From an uncultured Candidatus Saccharibacteria bacterium (GTDB lineage: Bacteria > Patescibacteriota > Minisyncoccia > Phycocordibacterales > CSBR16-119): a stretch of 50,780 nt of DNA. The notes under the pieces are model-generated. The model saw only the letters and a program-made list of their open reading frames with translations. It was not told where the DNA came from and made no database searches. Below are positions 17,362 through 25,757 of the stretch, piece by piece (the stretch's first letter is position 1; every line of letters begins with the position of its first letter). The translations under genes were made by a program, and so were the position numbers. The stretch is taken from assembly GCA_964426385.1 (NCBI GenBank), contig CAYRQF010000002.1:73037-123816 (forward strand), given 5' to 3'.

Positions 17362-17486
17362 ATGAATCCCGTTAGTGGTCGCGGTCGCTGATAGGGAAAG
17401 GTTCTTAATAAGATTGTCATTTTGTGTTTATTATTTTAATTTTGGATAGGGGTACTAAAAGCGCGACCTATCACTAACGGGATGAA
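17362..17486. mobile_element. MITE-like inverted-repeat element, copy A
   Basis: ATGAA | TCCCGTTAGTG ...(115 nt total)... CACTAACGGG | ATGAA. The terminal inverted repeat is a perfect 12 bp if the flanking A/T is included. The right-hand ATGAA contains the start codon of 17482..17850. Confidence 0.55.
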
Positions 17487-17850
17487 CAAAGGCTGGAAAA
17501 TTACATATTATATTTCGACGACAATATTGGTGCTCAGTATGCTCTGGGGTGGATATCTCGATGCTAGCCAGAATGAGCTAGCGGTTGCCGGCATCACATC
17601 TCTCGGCTACCCAGCGTATTTCGCTGTGATTATCGGTGTAGCGAAAATTCTCGGGGTTATAGGGATACTTCAGAACAAGGTTAGGTTTCTGCGAAGCTTT
17701 GCATATGCCGGATTCACATTCGATACTCTCGGGGCAGTCGTCTCGACTCTCCTCGCTGGTATGGCATTCATGTACGCAGTTCCGGCCCTAATCAGTCTCG
17801 TTATCGTTATAGTGTCATTCATGGCGGCGAGGAAGACTGGACGGGTCTAA
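17482..17850 (+). CDS. DoxX-like membrane protein
   Basis: 122 aa, 4 TM segments. GYPAYFAVIIGVAKILGVIGIL resembles the DoxX-like family. Confidence 0.55.
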   Translation: MNKGWKITYYISTTILVLSMLWGGYLDASQNELAVAGITSLGYPAYFAVIIGVAKILGVIGILQNKVRFLRSFAYAGFTFDTLGAVVSTLLAGMAFMYAVPALISLVIVIVSFMAARKTGRV

Positions 17851-17911
17851 AACTTAGTATAAAGCGAGTATCTCCTGTATACTGACTACCTTACCTTTAA
17901 CACACAAACAT

Positions 17912-17995
17912 ATGTCAGAAGAAGAAATCAAGAAAGAAGGTGAGGAAGTTGCTGAGCCTGCAACACCAGAGACAACAGAAGAAACACCTGCATAG
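17912..17995 (+). CDS. possible 27-aa acidic peptide
   Basis: Hand-found ORF MSEEEIKKEGEEVAEPATPETTEETPA, followed by a 13-bp-stem terminator. The coding status is uncertain. Confidence 0.25.
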   Translation: MSEEEIKKEGEEVAEPATPETTEETPA

Positions 17996-18013
17996 TCCTA
18001 CTAGGAATATGTC

Positions 18014-18050
18014 GCAAAATAGCTCCTATCCGGGAGCTATTTTGCTGTTT
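18014..18050 (+). terminator. intrinsic terminator
   Basis: gcaaaatagctcc-loop-ggagctattttgc followed by tgtttt. Confidence 0.65.
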
Positions 18051-18097
18051 TACAAGCCTCTCGGGGTGTGGTAGTTTTATGACAAACACCGAAGAAC

Positions 18098-18895
18098 ATG
18101 AACACAAGCACAGCGTTATCTGTCGACCATTGGGTTGACGAGCATTTGCGTAAGAACCCATACCCCGGTCGCGTGATCGTGATCGGCCAAAATGGCGCAG
18201 GAGAGCCTACCGTCGTTTATGGCATTATGGGTCGTAGCAGCGACTCCAGGGACCGCGGGTTCATCCACGATCCTGCTTCGCCAAACGACGTGGTTAGGAC
18301 TGCCACGGCAAGCGGACGTGAATTGCCTCCTGAAAAGGCGGCGCTCGTCATCTATCCAGCCATCGCCGTCAAGCGGCTCGCTGGCGGAAGGCAGGCCATC
18401 TTCGTCACGAACGGCGAGCAGACACAGGGACTGCTCGACAATGTCGGTAACGAGGACGAGTTCGAGAGTGTCCTCAGCCGGTACAACTACGAGCCCGACA
18501 AGCCGAACTACACAGCTCGGATATCTGGGATGATCGCCGTGAACGAAAAGGGTGGCTGGCCGAAGCTTACGCTTTCGATCATCACACCCGATCAGAACGA
18601 CGAAACTGATCCGCCGAGAGCCATACGAAGGACATTCTCCGATCTCGAGGTGAAGAACGGTCAGGGGCACATGCTCACCACATACGCAACCGACGGCAAT
18701 CCTTTGCCGGCATTCCAATACGGAGAGCCATTACCGGTTCCTCTGTTCGGTGGAACTGAGGATATCGCGAACTTCTACTGGGCTGCGCTCAATGAGGACA
18801 ACCGTGTCGCCTTGGTGGTTCGAACATTCGGCAATGATGGATCACCACGCGATATGCACATCATCCACGGACGGGGCACGCCTATACAAGGCTGA
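18098..18895 (+). CDS. purO: archaeal-type IMP cyclohydrolase (PurO family)
   Basis: YPGRVIVIGQNGAGEPTVVYGIMGRSSDSRDR, TNGEQTQ and YEPDKPNYTARISG match my memory of PurO signatures. About 60% GC by hand count of single lines. Confidence 0.7.
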   Translation: MNTSTALSVDHWVDEHLRKNPYPGRVIVIGQNGAGEPTVVYGIMGRSSDSRDRGFIHDPASPNDVVRTATASGRELPPEKAALVIYPAIAVKRLAGGRQAIFVTNGEQTQGLLDNVGNEDEFESVLSRYNYEPDKPNYTARISGMIAVNEKGGWPKLTLSIITPDQNDETDPPRAIRRTFSDLEVKNGQGHMLTTYATDGNPLPAFQYGEPLPVPLFGGTEDIANFYWAALNEDNRVALVVRTFGNDGSPRDMHIIHGRGTPIQG

Positions 18896-18915
18896 ACTGA
18901 CCGAACCGACTCATG

Positions 18916-18955
18916 CCGGGTCCCCACAGATGTGGGGACCCGGTTTCATTTTTTG
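18916..18955 (+). terminator. intrinsic terminator
   Basis: ccgggtcccca-cagatg-tggggacccgg (11-bp stem) followed by tttcatttttt. Confidence 0.7.
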
Positions 18956-18970
18956 GTATAATCTTTACAT

Positions 18971-19183
18971 ATGAAAACATTTGGATGGATAATAGTATTA
19001 TTGGTAGTCGTATTCTTGTTCCCGAAGCCTTTTACTTCGAGTCCAGGATTCACCACGCCTGAATTCGCGCAAGAATTTGAGGCGAACAAGAAACAGTGTG
19101 CAGGCTTCGAGATGCTTACGAACGCAGAACAAATGGCTGCTGACGCTCCAGGAAAAAGTCTGTGCTTCGGCTGGCTTTACTAG
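18971..19183 (+). CDS. small secreted or membrane protein, unknown function
   Basis: 70 aa with an N-terminal hydrophobic helix. The TAG stop directly abuts element copy B. Confidence 0.45.
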   Translation: MKTFGWIIVLLVVVFLFPKPFTSSPGFTTPEFAQEFEANKKQCAGFEMLTNAEQMAADAPGKSLCFGWLY

Positions 19184-19309
19184 ATGTATCCCGTTAGAGA
19201 TTTGCTGTTTGATTTTAAACCCTAAAAGTTTATTAACCTTTGAGCTTGTTGAGGTAGATATTTAATAATTAATACGCAAAATTAATTTTGCTATCTCTAA
19301 CGGGATGTA
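19184..19309. mobile_element. MITE-like inverted-repeat element, copy B
   Basis: ATGTA | TCCCGTTAGAGAT ...(116 nt total)... ATCTCTAACGGG | ATGTA. The terminal inverted repeat is a perfect 14 bp if the flanking A/T is included. The right-hand ATGTA contains the start codon of 19305..19532. Confidence 0.55.
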
Positions 19310-19532
19310 CATAAAACTAAAAGTCTTCCCAGATCAGAAAAAAGAGGCTTTTGCTGTGGTTGGTGAGAACCGGTTCGAGGCGAGGGTACGAGTCCCTGCC
19401 GAGCGTAATCTGGCCAATACGAGGGTCATAGAGCTTACTGCAGAGCATTTCGGTGTGTCAGTAAAACAGGTGCGCATCATCAGTGGACACCACCACCCGA
19501 GCAAAATCCTGTCGGTGGAAAATGGTGATTGA
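19305..19532 (+). CDS. DUF167 (YggU-like) protein
   Basis: 75 aa. The pattern KV.P......F........E.RV..P....AN..VIELTAEHFGV....V.I.SG resembles YggU. Confidence 0.7.
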   Translation: MYIKLKVFPDQKKEAFAVVGENRFEARVRVPAERNLANTRVIELTAEHFGVSVKQVRIISGHHHPSKILSVENGD

Positions 19533-19582
19533 TCATGTGCTAAAATATGTTTACAAAATAAACTTATTTTTAATTAATTTTT

Positions 19583-20779
19583 ATGGAATCTAGATCTACC
19601 ACGAATGTATTATTGATCATCCTTATCATTGGAGTAGTTATATTCGGCGTTCTATTTTTGAAGCAGCAGAAGCAGGTAGTTGAGGTATCGAACGAATGGC
19701 CTGAGACAGTACCAGCAACACCGACGAATAATTATCCGAACCCTAATCAGAATACAAATCCAAATACGAATCCTAATCCAACCCCTAATACCAACCCAAA
19801 CCCTGGCCAGACACAGTCACTGCGGACATTTAGCAAGGATGGAACTCCTGTAACGTTCCAGTATCCTTCGAGATTTGGAGCGCTCCAGTCCGTCATGTAT
19901 GTAAACGACGGTAATTATCTCGTCGGGATAGGTTCAGGAGATTCTTCCGTCCATGTCGATATAGTGTCAACAGGCTATCCTGACCATAATGAAATAGAAG
20001 TCCGTACCACAGCTCAGTACAATCAGATGAAGACTTTTTATGCAGGAACAGAATATCTCGATGCTTCGGGCAATATCTACTTCGTAGCCAATGGTAAGAC
20101 TCCCCCTTGCGACATGGGCGTCATATGCTCGCAGGGATTAGTGGGCGTCAAGAAGCTTCCCGGCAACGGTTACGGCTTTACATATGCATTGGTCATAGCG
20201 AAGTCGACCAATATCTCCATGGAAGAGTTCAAGAAAGTCACCGCTTCTATCAGTATCCTAAATTTACCACCAAGCCCTGAGAATGCCCCTGCTGCCTTCA
20301 TCCAGCCAGGATTCTTGAGCTATCCGTCGCCTACAGTTACATTCAATCATACGTCTTCTTTTCAGGGGGAACTCAAGGATCTATATGAACAGCGCTTAGG
20401 CGAGGATTTCCTCGATATGGCTCCGAACTTCGCTTCTTACTACAGAATAGGAGTTGTGGGCTGTGGAACCAGTTGTTGGGGACATGTGGTTATAGATCTC
20501 CGAGATGGTAAGTACTATAAAGTCCCTGACGGTAGCGGTAACGCATTCAGTTCCCAGGCGAATAGCAAGCTTTTTATAGGCGTAAATGTGCCGAATTATA
20601 CAGATTATCCGGATCAGGCCCTCGTAGTAGAACTTGAAGCTAAGAATAGGGAAGCCAAGGTTAAATGGTATTCGTTCTCTGAATCAACCAAATCTTTCAC
20701 TTATATAACTACTGGATACTGCAACATTATGGAGGGTACGAATGGGGCGAGCGCTACCGTTACGAGTTGCATAGAGTAG
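19583..20779 (+). CDS. membrane-anchored extracellular protein with an Asn/Pro-rich linker, unknown function
   Basis: N-terminal TM segment, then NPNQNTNPNTNPNPTPNTNPNPG low complexity, then a ~320-aa domain with no family I recognise. Confidence 0.6.
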   Translation: MESRSTTNVLLIILIIGVVIFGVLFLKQQKQVVEVSNEWPETVPATPTNNYPNPNQNTNPNTNPNPTPNTNPNPGQTQSLRTFSKDGTPVTFQYPSRFGALQSVMYVNDGNYLVGIGSGDSSVHVDIVSTGYPDHNEIEVRTTAQYNQMKTFYAGTEYLDASGNIYFVANGKTPPCDMGVICSQGLVGVKKLPGNGYGFTYALVIAKSTNISMEEFKKVTASISILNLPPSPENAPAAFIQPGFLSYPSPTVTFNHTSSFQGELKDLYEQRLGEDFLDMAPNFASYYRIGVVGCGTSCWGHVVIDLRDGKYYKVPDGSGNAFSSQANSKLFIGVNVPNYTDYPDQALVVELEAKNREAKVKWYSFSESTKSFTYITTGYCNIMEGTNGASATVTSCIE

Positions 20780-20838
20780 TAAAGATCCTCGCAGATAAAT
20801 ATGGTAAAATAGGGTCATTACAAGCTAATAAATGACCC

Positions 20839-21225
20839 ATGAACATAAATATCAAAGCAACGAATATTGAGCTTACTCCAGAAATCCGAGATTATGTAAC
20901 TGAAAAAATAAATTCACTTCAAAAGTTTTTACCAATAGGGAAAGAGATAAATGTTTTTGTTGAAATAGGTAAAGACTCTAATCATCACCAGAATGGTCCA
21001 GATGTGTTTCTGGCAGAAGTTAGATTTAGTCTCGATGGAAGAGACTTTTATATCAAAGATAGGGCCGGTGAATTATTCTCGGCAGTTGATCTGGTAAAAG
21101 ATGAAGCACTAAGGCAAGTTAAAGATATACGTGGTCGCAAGCGAGATCTTTTCGTTCGTGGTGCACGAAGTTTGAAAAAGCGGATCAAAGGTATGAAGCC
21201 TTGGTGGCCGTTCGGAGATAAATAA
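20839..21225 (+). CDS. hpf: ribosome hibernation-promoting factor (HPF/RaiA family)
   Basis: MNINIKATNIELTPEIRDYVTEKI..L.KF is the characteristic S30AE N-terminus. Confidence 0.85.
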   Translation: MNINIKATNIELTPEIRDYVTEKINSLQKFLPIGKEINVFVEIGKDSNHHQNGPDVFLAEVRFSLDGRDFYIKDRAGELFSAVDLVKDEALRQVKDIRGRKRDLFVRGARSLKKRIKGMKPWWPFGDK

Positions 21226-21236
21226 AATTGAAGCAT

Positions 21237-21263
21237 GAAAGCCCCGACATGGTCGGGGCATTC
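21237..21263. terminator. bidirectional intrinsic terminator
   Basis: gccccgac-atg-gtcggggc lies between convergent hpf and purH. Confidence 0.65.
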
Positions 21264-21285
21264 TGCGTCGTAGAAGAGCTGTGCG

Positions 21286-22275
21286 TTAGTGGCGGAAATG
21301 GCGATGGCCGGTGAACATCATGGTGATGCCACAGCTATCAGCTAGAGCGATCACCGCCTCATCCTGCTCGCTTCCACCCGGCTGTACAACTGCGTGGATG
21401 CCATATCTCAAGGCTTCTTGTAGGCCATCGGGCTTGGGGAAGAAGGCATCCGACGCCATAACACCTCGCACGGCTCGATCGCCCGCTTGATCACCAGCGA
21501 ATTTGACGGATCTTGCGCGATTCGCTTGTCCAACCCCGAGACCGATCACTTCATTGTCTCGCACGAACACGATCGCATTCGATATTGCTTGCTTTGCGAC
21601 CTTCCATGCGAGGAGCATGTCGCGGATCTGGTCCTCGGTTGGTTGTTGCTCCGTGACGCATCTCCAAGTGCTGGGGTCGAAGTCCGGGGTTCCCATGTCG
21701 GGTGTCTGGACCAGGTACCCTGCACCATTGAAGATGCTACGCACGCTCACTTTCGAATTGATGGCGCCATGCTTGAGTATCCGCAGGTTCGCCTTTTCTG
21801 CCATGAGATGTTGCAGTGCGCCAGCTTCGTACGAAGGAGCGATGATCACCTCCAGGAAGTGCTTCTTGTCACAGATCTCTCGTGCAAATGCGTAGTCTAC
21901 TTCGCCATTGAAAGCCACTATTCCACCATAGGCGCTGGTTGTGTCACACAGACGGGCTTGACGATAAGCTTCCAAGAAAGTGCTCCCTGTTGCGATACCA
22001 CAGGGCCCACCGTGCTTGATGATGGCGACCGTCGGTACATCAGGGGTAAAGTCCTGAAGCGCTGACCATGCACCGTTGGCGTCCCACCAGTTCAAGTAGC
22101 TCATCGGCTTACCGTGAAGCATTTCGACAGGCCAGGGTGCACCTCCAGGACGGTACAGGATTCCTTGCTGATGAGGGTTTTCTCCATAGCGGAGGTCTTC
22201 CACCTTTTCGAGACCGGGTGCGATCTCTTCCATGATCTGCTCAAGGCTAGCTGTGGTTTTGGCAAGCGTGCTCAT
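21286..22275 (-). CDS. purH: AICAR formyltransferase (AICARFT domain only; no fused IMP cyclohydrolase/MGS domain)
   Basis: RYGENPHQ, IIKHGGPCGIA and the C-terminal VVQPGGSEQDEAVIALADSCGITMMFTGHRHFRH. At 329 aa it has the length of the transformylase half of PurH. Confidence 0.85.
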   Translation of the reverse strand: MSTLAKTTASLEQIMEEIAPGLEKVEDLRYGENPHQQGILYRPGGAPWPVEMLHGKPMSYLNWWDANGAWSALQDFTPDVPTVAIIKHGGPCGIATGSTFLEAYRQARLCDTTSAYGGIVAFNGEVDYAFAREICDKKHFLEVIIAPSYEAGALQHLMAEKANLRILKHGAINSKVSVRSIFNGAGYLVQTPDMGTPDFDPSTWRCVTEQQPTEDQIRDMLLAWKVAKQAISNAIVFVRDNEVIGLGVGQANRARSVKFAGDQAGDRAVRGVMASDAFFPKPDGLQEALRYGIHAVVQPGGSEQDEAVIALADSCGITMMFTGHRHFRH

Positions 22276-22360
22276 GATATTGGGTTGTGTTGTGTGTCCT
22301 AACGTTAGTTTCCGAGGTCATCTTCCCATAAAGAAGAAAGCCCTGCAAGGACAGGACTTT

Positions 22361-23176
22361 CTAGATAGATATTTCGTTTTTGCCTTCGGGGATTATTTTT
22401 TTGATGATGAATTGGTCCTCGATCCATTCGGCACCGGTTACTTTCACTCTCTTACCGGCTTCGTCAAAGTAGAATACTCCCGGCCAGCCGTAGTACGCCT
22501 TGTACTTCCGCCATTTTTCATGGTCGTCATCGCCAAGCTTGATCTCGCCATCAGCCTTATCAGTCTTCCCACAATGTGTCGCGAGACTTTCATCTTGTTC
22601 GATCGGCGTAATATCGCCACCAATATATTTCGGGAGTATTTCTAGTAGTAGTTCGACACCTACCTCTGTCAGGATGTTCTTGAGCTCTGGAGTGGTTACA
22701 TGCTCGTCTATGGGGACGGGTTTGACGCCGATGATCGGTCCCGCATCAAGTTTGAAGACTAGTTTCTGGATAGTTACACCAGTTACGGTATCGCCAGAGA
22801 GGATCGCCTGTTCAACGGGTGATGCACCTCGGTATTTTGGAAGGAGAGAGTAGTGGATGTTCAGCATTCCGAGTGGGAATGTGTCGATAATACTTTGAGG
22901 AATGATTTTGCCATATGCGACAACGATAGCGAGGTCCGCCTGTGGCAAGACGAAATCTTTTAGTTTCTCAGGTTGGAGAACCTCTATGCCTTTTTCCTGA
23001 GCCAGGACTTTGACTGGCGGGGGAGTTATGAGATGTTTTCGCCCGACTGGTTGGTCAGGGTTCGTCACAACAGCTACTATTTCATATCCAGCGTCGACGA
23101 GACTTCCTAGCACTTTGGCGCTGACTTCCGGCGTGCCGAAGAATATTATTTTAGAGTTCTTGATTTGATTTGTCAT
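22361..23176 (-). CDS. fmt: methionyl-tRNA formyltransferase
   Basis: KIIFFGTPEVS and NIHYSLLPKYRGASP. It sits downstream of def in the classic def-fmt order. Confidence 0.9.
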   Translation of the reverse strand: MTNQIKNSKIIFFGTPEVSAKVLGSLVDAGYEIVAVVTNPDQPVGRKHLITPPPVKVLAQEKGIEVLQPEKLKDFVLPQADLAIVVAYGKIIPQSIIDTFPLGMLNIHYSLLPKYRGASPVEQAILSGDTVTGVTIQKLVFKLDAGPIIGVKPVPIDEHVTTPELKNILTEVGVELLLEILPKYIGGDITPIEQDESLATHCGKTDKADGEIKLGDDDHEKWRKYKAYYGWPGVFYFDEAGKRVKVTGAEWIEDQFIIKKIIPEGKNEISI

Positions 23177-23684
23177 CTTTCATTTCCTTTATATCAGTTG
23201 CCTTGTCGGTAAAAAGTATGCCGTCGAGGTGATCTATCTCGTGCTGAAATATCCGAGCGAGGAGTCCAGTAGCCTTGCGGGACTTTTTCTCACCTACAGT
23301 GTCGATATACTCTATCGAGACTGTGGTTGGGCGTTTAACCATGCCGTACATGCGAGGGATAGATAGACACCCCTCCTCAGCAGTCGAGAGTTTCTTGGAC
23401 ATCTTTGTGATTATAGGGTTGATGAAATACTCGTCCGGAGGCATGACCCCCTTGGTCTTCTTGTCATTAAGCCAGTCTTTGTTGAACACTTTGCCGGAGA
23501 CGACGAACACTCGCTTGTTCACGGCGATCTGTGGTGCAGATAGACCGACACCATCATCACGAGTGGTGAGAGCCTCTGACATGTCGGCTAGTAGTTTCTG
23601 GAAACTTTTAGAACGTAAGTCATCCATCGGGACGACAGTAGAGACTTTTCTTAGTGCCGGGTGGGGGATAGTTACTATCTCCAT
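23151..23684 (-). CDS. def: peptide deformylase
   Basis: GVGLSAPQI, EGCLSIP and QHEIDHLDG motifs. Confidence 0.92.
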   Translation of the reverse strand: MEIVTIPHPALRKVSTVVPMDDLRSKSFQKLLADMSEALTTRDDGVGLSAPQIAVNKRVFVVSGKVFNKDWLNDKKTKGVMPPDEYFINPIITKMSKKLSTAEEGCLSIPRMYGMVKRPTTVSIEYIDTVGEKKSRKATGLLARIFQHEIDHLDGILFTDKATDIKEMKDDKSNQEL

Positions 23685-23690
23685 AAGCTC

Positions 23691-25001
23691 TTATTTTAAT
23701 TTCTTAAGATATTCAGCGAGTTTGTCGATAGGGACGTTCTTCTGAGAACGGTTCTCCATATCTCGGACGATGACGGAGTTCTCGAGAGCCTCCTTCTGAC
23801 CGAAGATGATCGTGTATGGTAGCCCGAGCTTCTCAGCAACTGCGAGTTGTGAACCGAGGGAGTCCTTCGCCAGGGCGTGAGTGACCGGGATCTTGTTACA
23901 TCTCAATATCTCGATGATGTTCATACTCTTCATCTTGGCCTCGTTACCGAGCTGGATGAAATAGACTTTTTCTTTGCGTTTGATTTTTGGGAGGAATTTC
24001 TTGGTTGTTGACTCAAGTATTCTGTCTACTCCGAGTGCGAAGCCGACACCAGGGATATTCTTCTTGTGACCCATGGCCTTGGCCAGATAGTCGTATCGTC
24101 CGCCACCACCGAGAGCGAGACGGCGAGCATTTGGATCGTCACCTTCCTCTGGGGTTTTCTCTGTGTAGAACTCGAATACAGTGTGACTGTAGTAGTCGAG
24201 TCCACGCACTAGGGTGTGATCGAGTTCGTAGTCGATACCCATCTCATTCAAATACTCTATAACTTCTTTGAAGTGTTTTTTAGATACGGCGTTTAGATGT
24301 GCTACTGACTGAGGAGCACCGGCGTTGATCTCTATCGTTTTAGGATCTTTGGAGTCGAGGATGCCCATCGGGTTCGTTTTCATCTTCTGACGATCTTCGG
24401 GCCCCATTTTCGATAGGAACTTCTTGTAGTAGTTAGTCAGTTCTTTGACATAGTCCTTACGACTCTCTGTATCGCCGATAGAGTTGATTTTCAAGCGGAT
24501 ATTTTTGACCTCGGCTTCCTCTAGGATTATCATCGCTATCTTGATAATCATGGCGTCTAGGACGCTTTTAGGAGAACCGACTACCTCGATGCCGAACTGG
24601 TAGAACTCTCGATACCGACCTTTCTGGGGCTTGTCATGTCGAAAGAATGGTGAGAAGTAGTAGAAGCGAAGTGGTTGTGGGCGTGACTGCATGCCGTGCT
24701 CGATATATGCGCGCATAACACCAGCCGTACCTTCGGGACGCAGGGCGAGCTTCGTACCTGATCCAGTTTTGAGCGAATACATCTCTTTGTCGACGATATC
24801 GGTGCCTTCACCGACAGCTTTCATGAAGACCTCTTCGTGTTCGACGACAGGAGTTTGGATAGGGGTGAAGCCGTAGTACTCGGCTACCTCCTGAGCTTTC
24901 TCATAGAAGCCCTGGTAGTTATAGTAATCAACACCTTCGATGTCTCGCATGCCACGAGGTGCTTGCAAGAAATTCTGTCGGTCCTTTTTTTCTTCTGACA
25001 T
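23691..25001 (-). CDS. hisS: histidine--tRNA ligase
   Basis: PRGMRDI, FRHDKPQKGRYREFYQ and GGGRYD class-II motifs. Confidence 0.93.
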   Translation of the reverse strand: MSEEKKDRQNFLQAPRGMRDIEGVDYYNYQGFYEKAQEVAEYYGFTPIQTPVVEHEEVFMKAVGEGTDIVDKEMYSLKTGSGTKLALRPEGTAGVMRAYIEHGMQSRPQPLRFYYFSPFFRHDKPQKGRYREFYQFGIEVVGSPKSVLDAMIIKIAMIILEEAEVKNIRLKINSIGDTESRKDYVKELTNYYKKFLSKMGPEDRQKMKTNPMGILDSKDPKTIEINAGAPQSVAHLNAVSKKHFKEVIEYLNEMGIDYELDHTLVRGLDYYSHTVFEFYTEKTPEEGDDPNARRLALGGGGRYDYLAKAMGHKKNIPGVGFALGVDRILESTTKKFLPKIKRKEKVYFIQLGNEAKMKSMNIIEILRCNKIPVTHALAKDSLGSQLAVAEKLGLPYTIIFGQKEALENSVIVRDMENRSQKNVPIDKLAEYLKKLK

Positions 25002-25035
25002 ATGTTATTTATGGGGTTGGTAAAAGATGCGTTAG

Positions 25036-25647
25036 TTATTCGGCGTAATGGTATTCGCCTGGATGTATTTCTAACGTATCTACTGGTAGGAGTCGTAACA
25101 GAGCTTTGCCGACGACGTTCTTCCTAGGTAGAACGCCCCATGTGCGAGAGTCTGAACTTGCGATGCGGTTATCACCCATGACGAAATATTCATCGTCACC
25201 GAGTTCGAATGTTGCGTTATCACTACTTATACGGTCTAGTTGGAGATATGGTTCGTCGAGTTTCATATCATTTCCATCAGCGTCGTGTATCGCGATCTTA
25301 CCATCGTCAATTTTTACCGTTTCGTTCGGGAGACCGATGACACGTTTGATGAAAAACTTCGATGGGTCGAGAGGGTAGCGGAAGATGATGACGTCTCCTC
25401 TGGCTGGTTCTTCGAATCGGTACGATATCTGGTCGACGATAAGATACTGCTTGTCTTCGAATGTGGGAAACATCGAGCTACCTGAGACGATAAAAGGCTG
25501 AGCTACGAGCATGCGGATAGGTAGGACGATGATGACGGCGATGAAAATGAATCTGACTAAGTCCCAGATATTTTCTTTTTTAGTATTCGGATTGTTTAGG
25601 GTGTTTGTCGTGAAATCTGCTTGTTTTTGGTCTTCCATGGGCTTCAT
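25036..25647 (-). CDS. lepB: signal peptidase I
   Basis: SGSSMFPTF (Ser box), KRVIGLPNE and GDNRIASSDSR. I prefer ATG 25647 over the TTG 25674 start in the track. Confidence 0.88.
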   Translation of the reverse strand: MKPMEDQKQADFTTNTLNNPNTKKENIWDLVRFIFIAVIIVLPIRMLVAQPFIVSGSSMFPTFEDKQYLIVDQISYRFEEPARGDVIIFRYPLDPSKFFIKRVIGLPNETVKIDDGKIAIHDADGNDMKLDEPYLQLDRISSDNATFELGDDEYFVMGDNRIASSDSRTWGVLPRKNVVGKALLRLLPVDTLEIHPGEYHYAE

Positions 25648-25757
25648 TATAGTACTCTTTCTTACTTGACGCAACGCTGTATAAAAGGTTTTTTCACGAG
25701 GCTTTTTCTGTGCCAGCCTCTAGCCACTAGAAGCTAGAAGCTGATATACTAAATTAC

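Noticed and set aside
18116-18718. 200-aa antisense ORF inside purO (also 18192..18533 on the + strand)
   Set aside because: These are shadow ORFs typical of GC-rich coding DNA. They have no motifs, and the sense frame has clear PurO signatures.
19720-19815. Short periodic repeats (aatcc/aaccc...) as a possible CRISPR or VNTR
   Set aside because: They are in frame and encode an NPN/TPN low-complexity linker of the 398-aa protein. There is no repeat-spacer architecture. I saw no CRISPR-like array anywhere in the window.
21487-22065. 192-aa and 130-aa + strand ORFs inside the purH-like gene
   Set aside because: Same reasoning as for purO. They are antisense to a gene with unmistakable AICARFT motifs.
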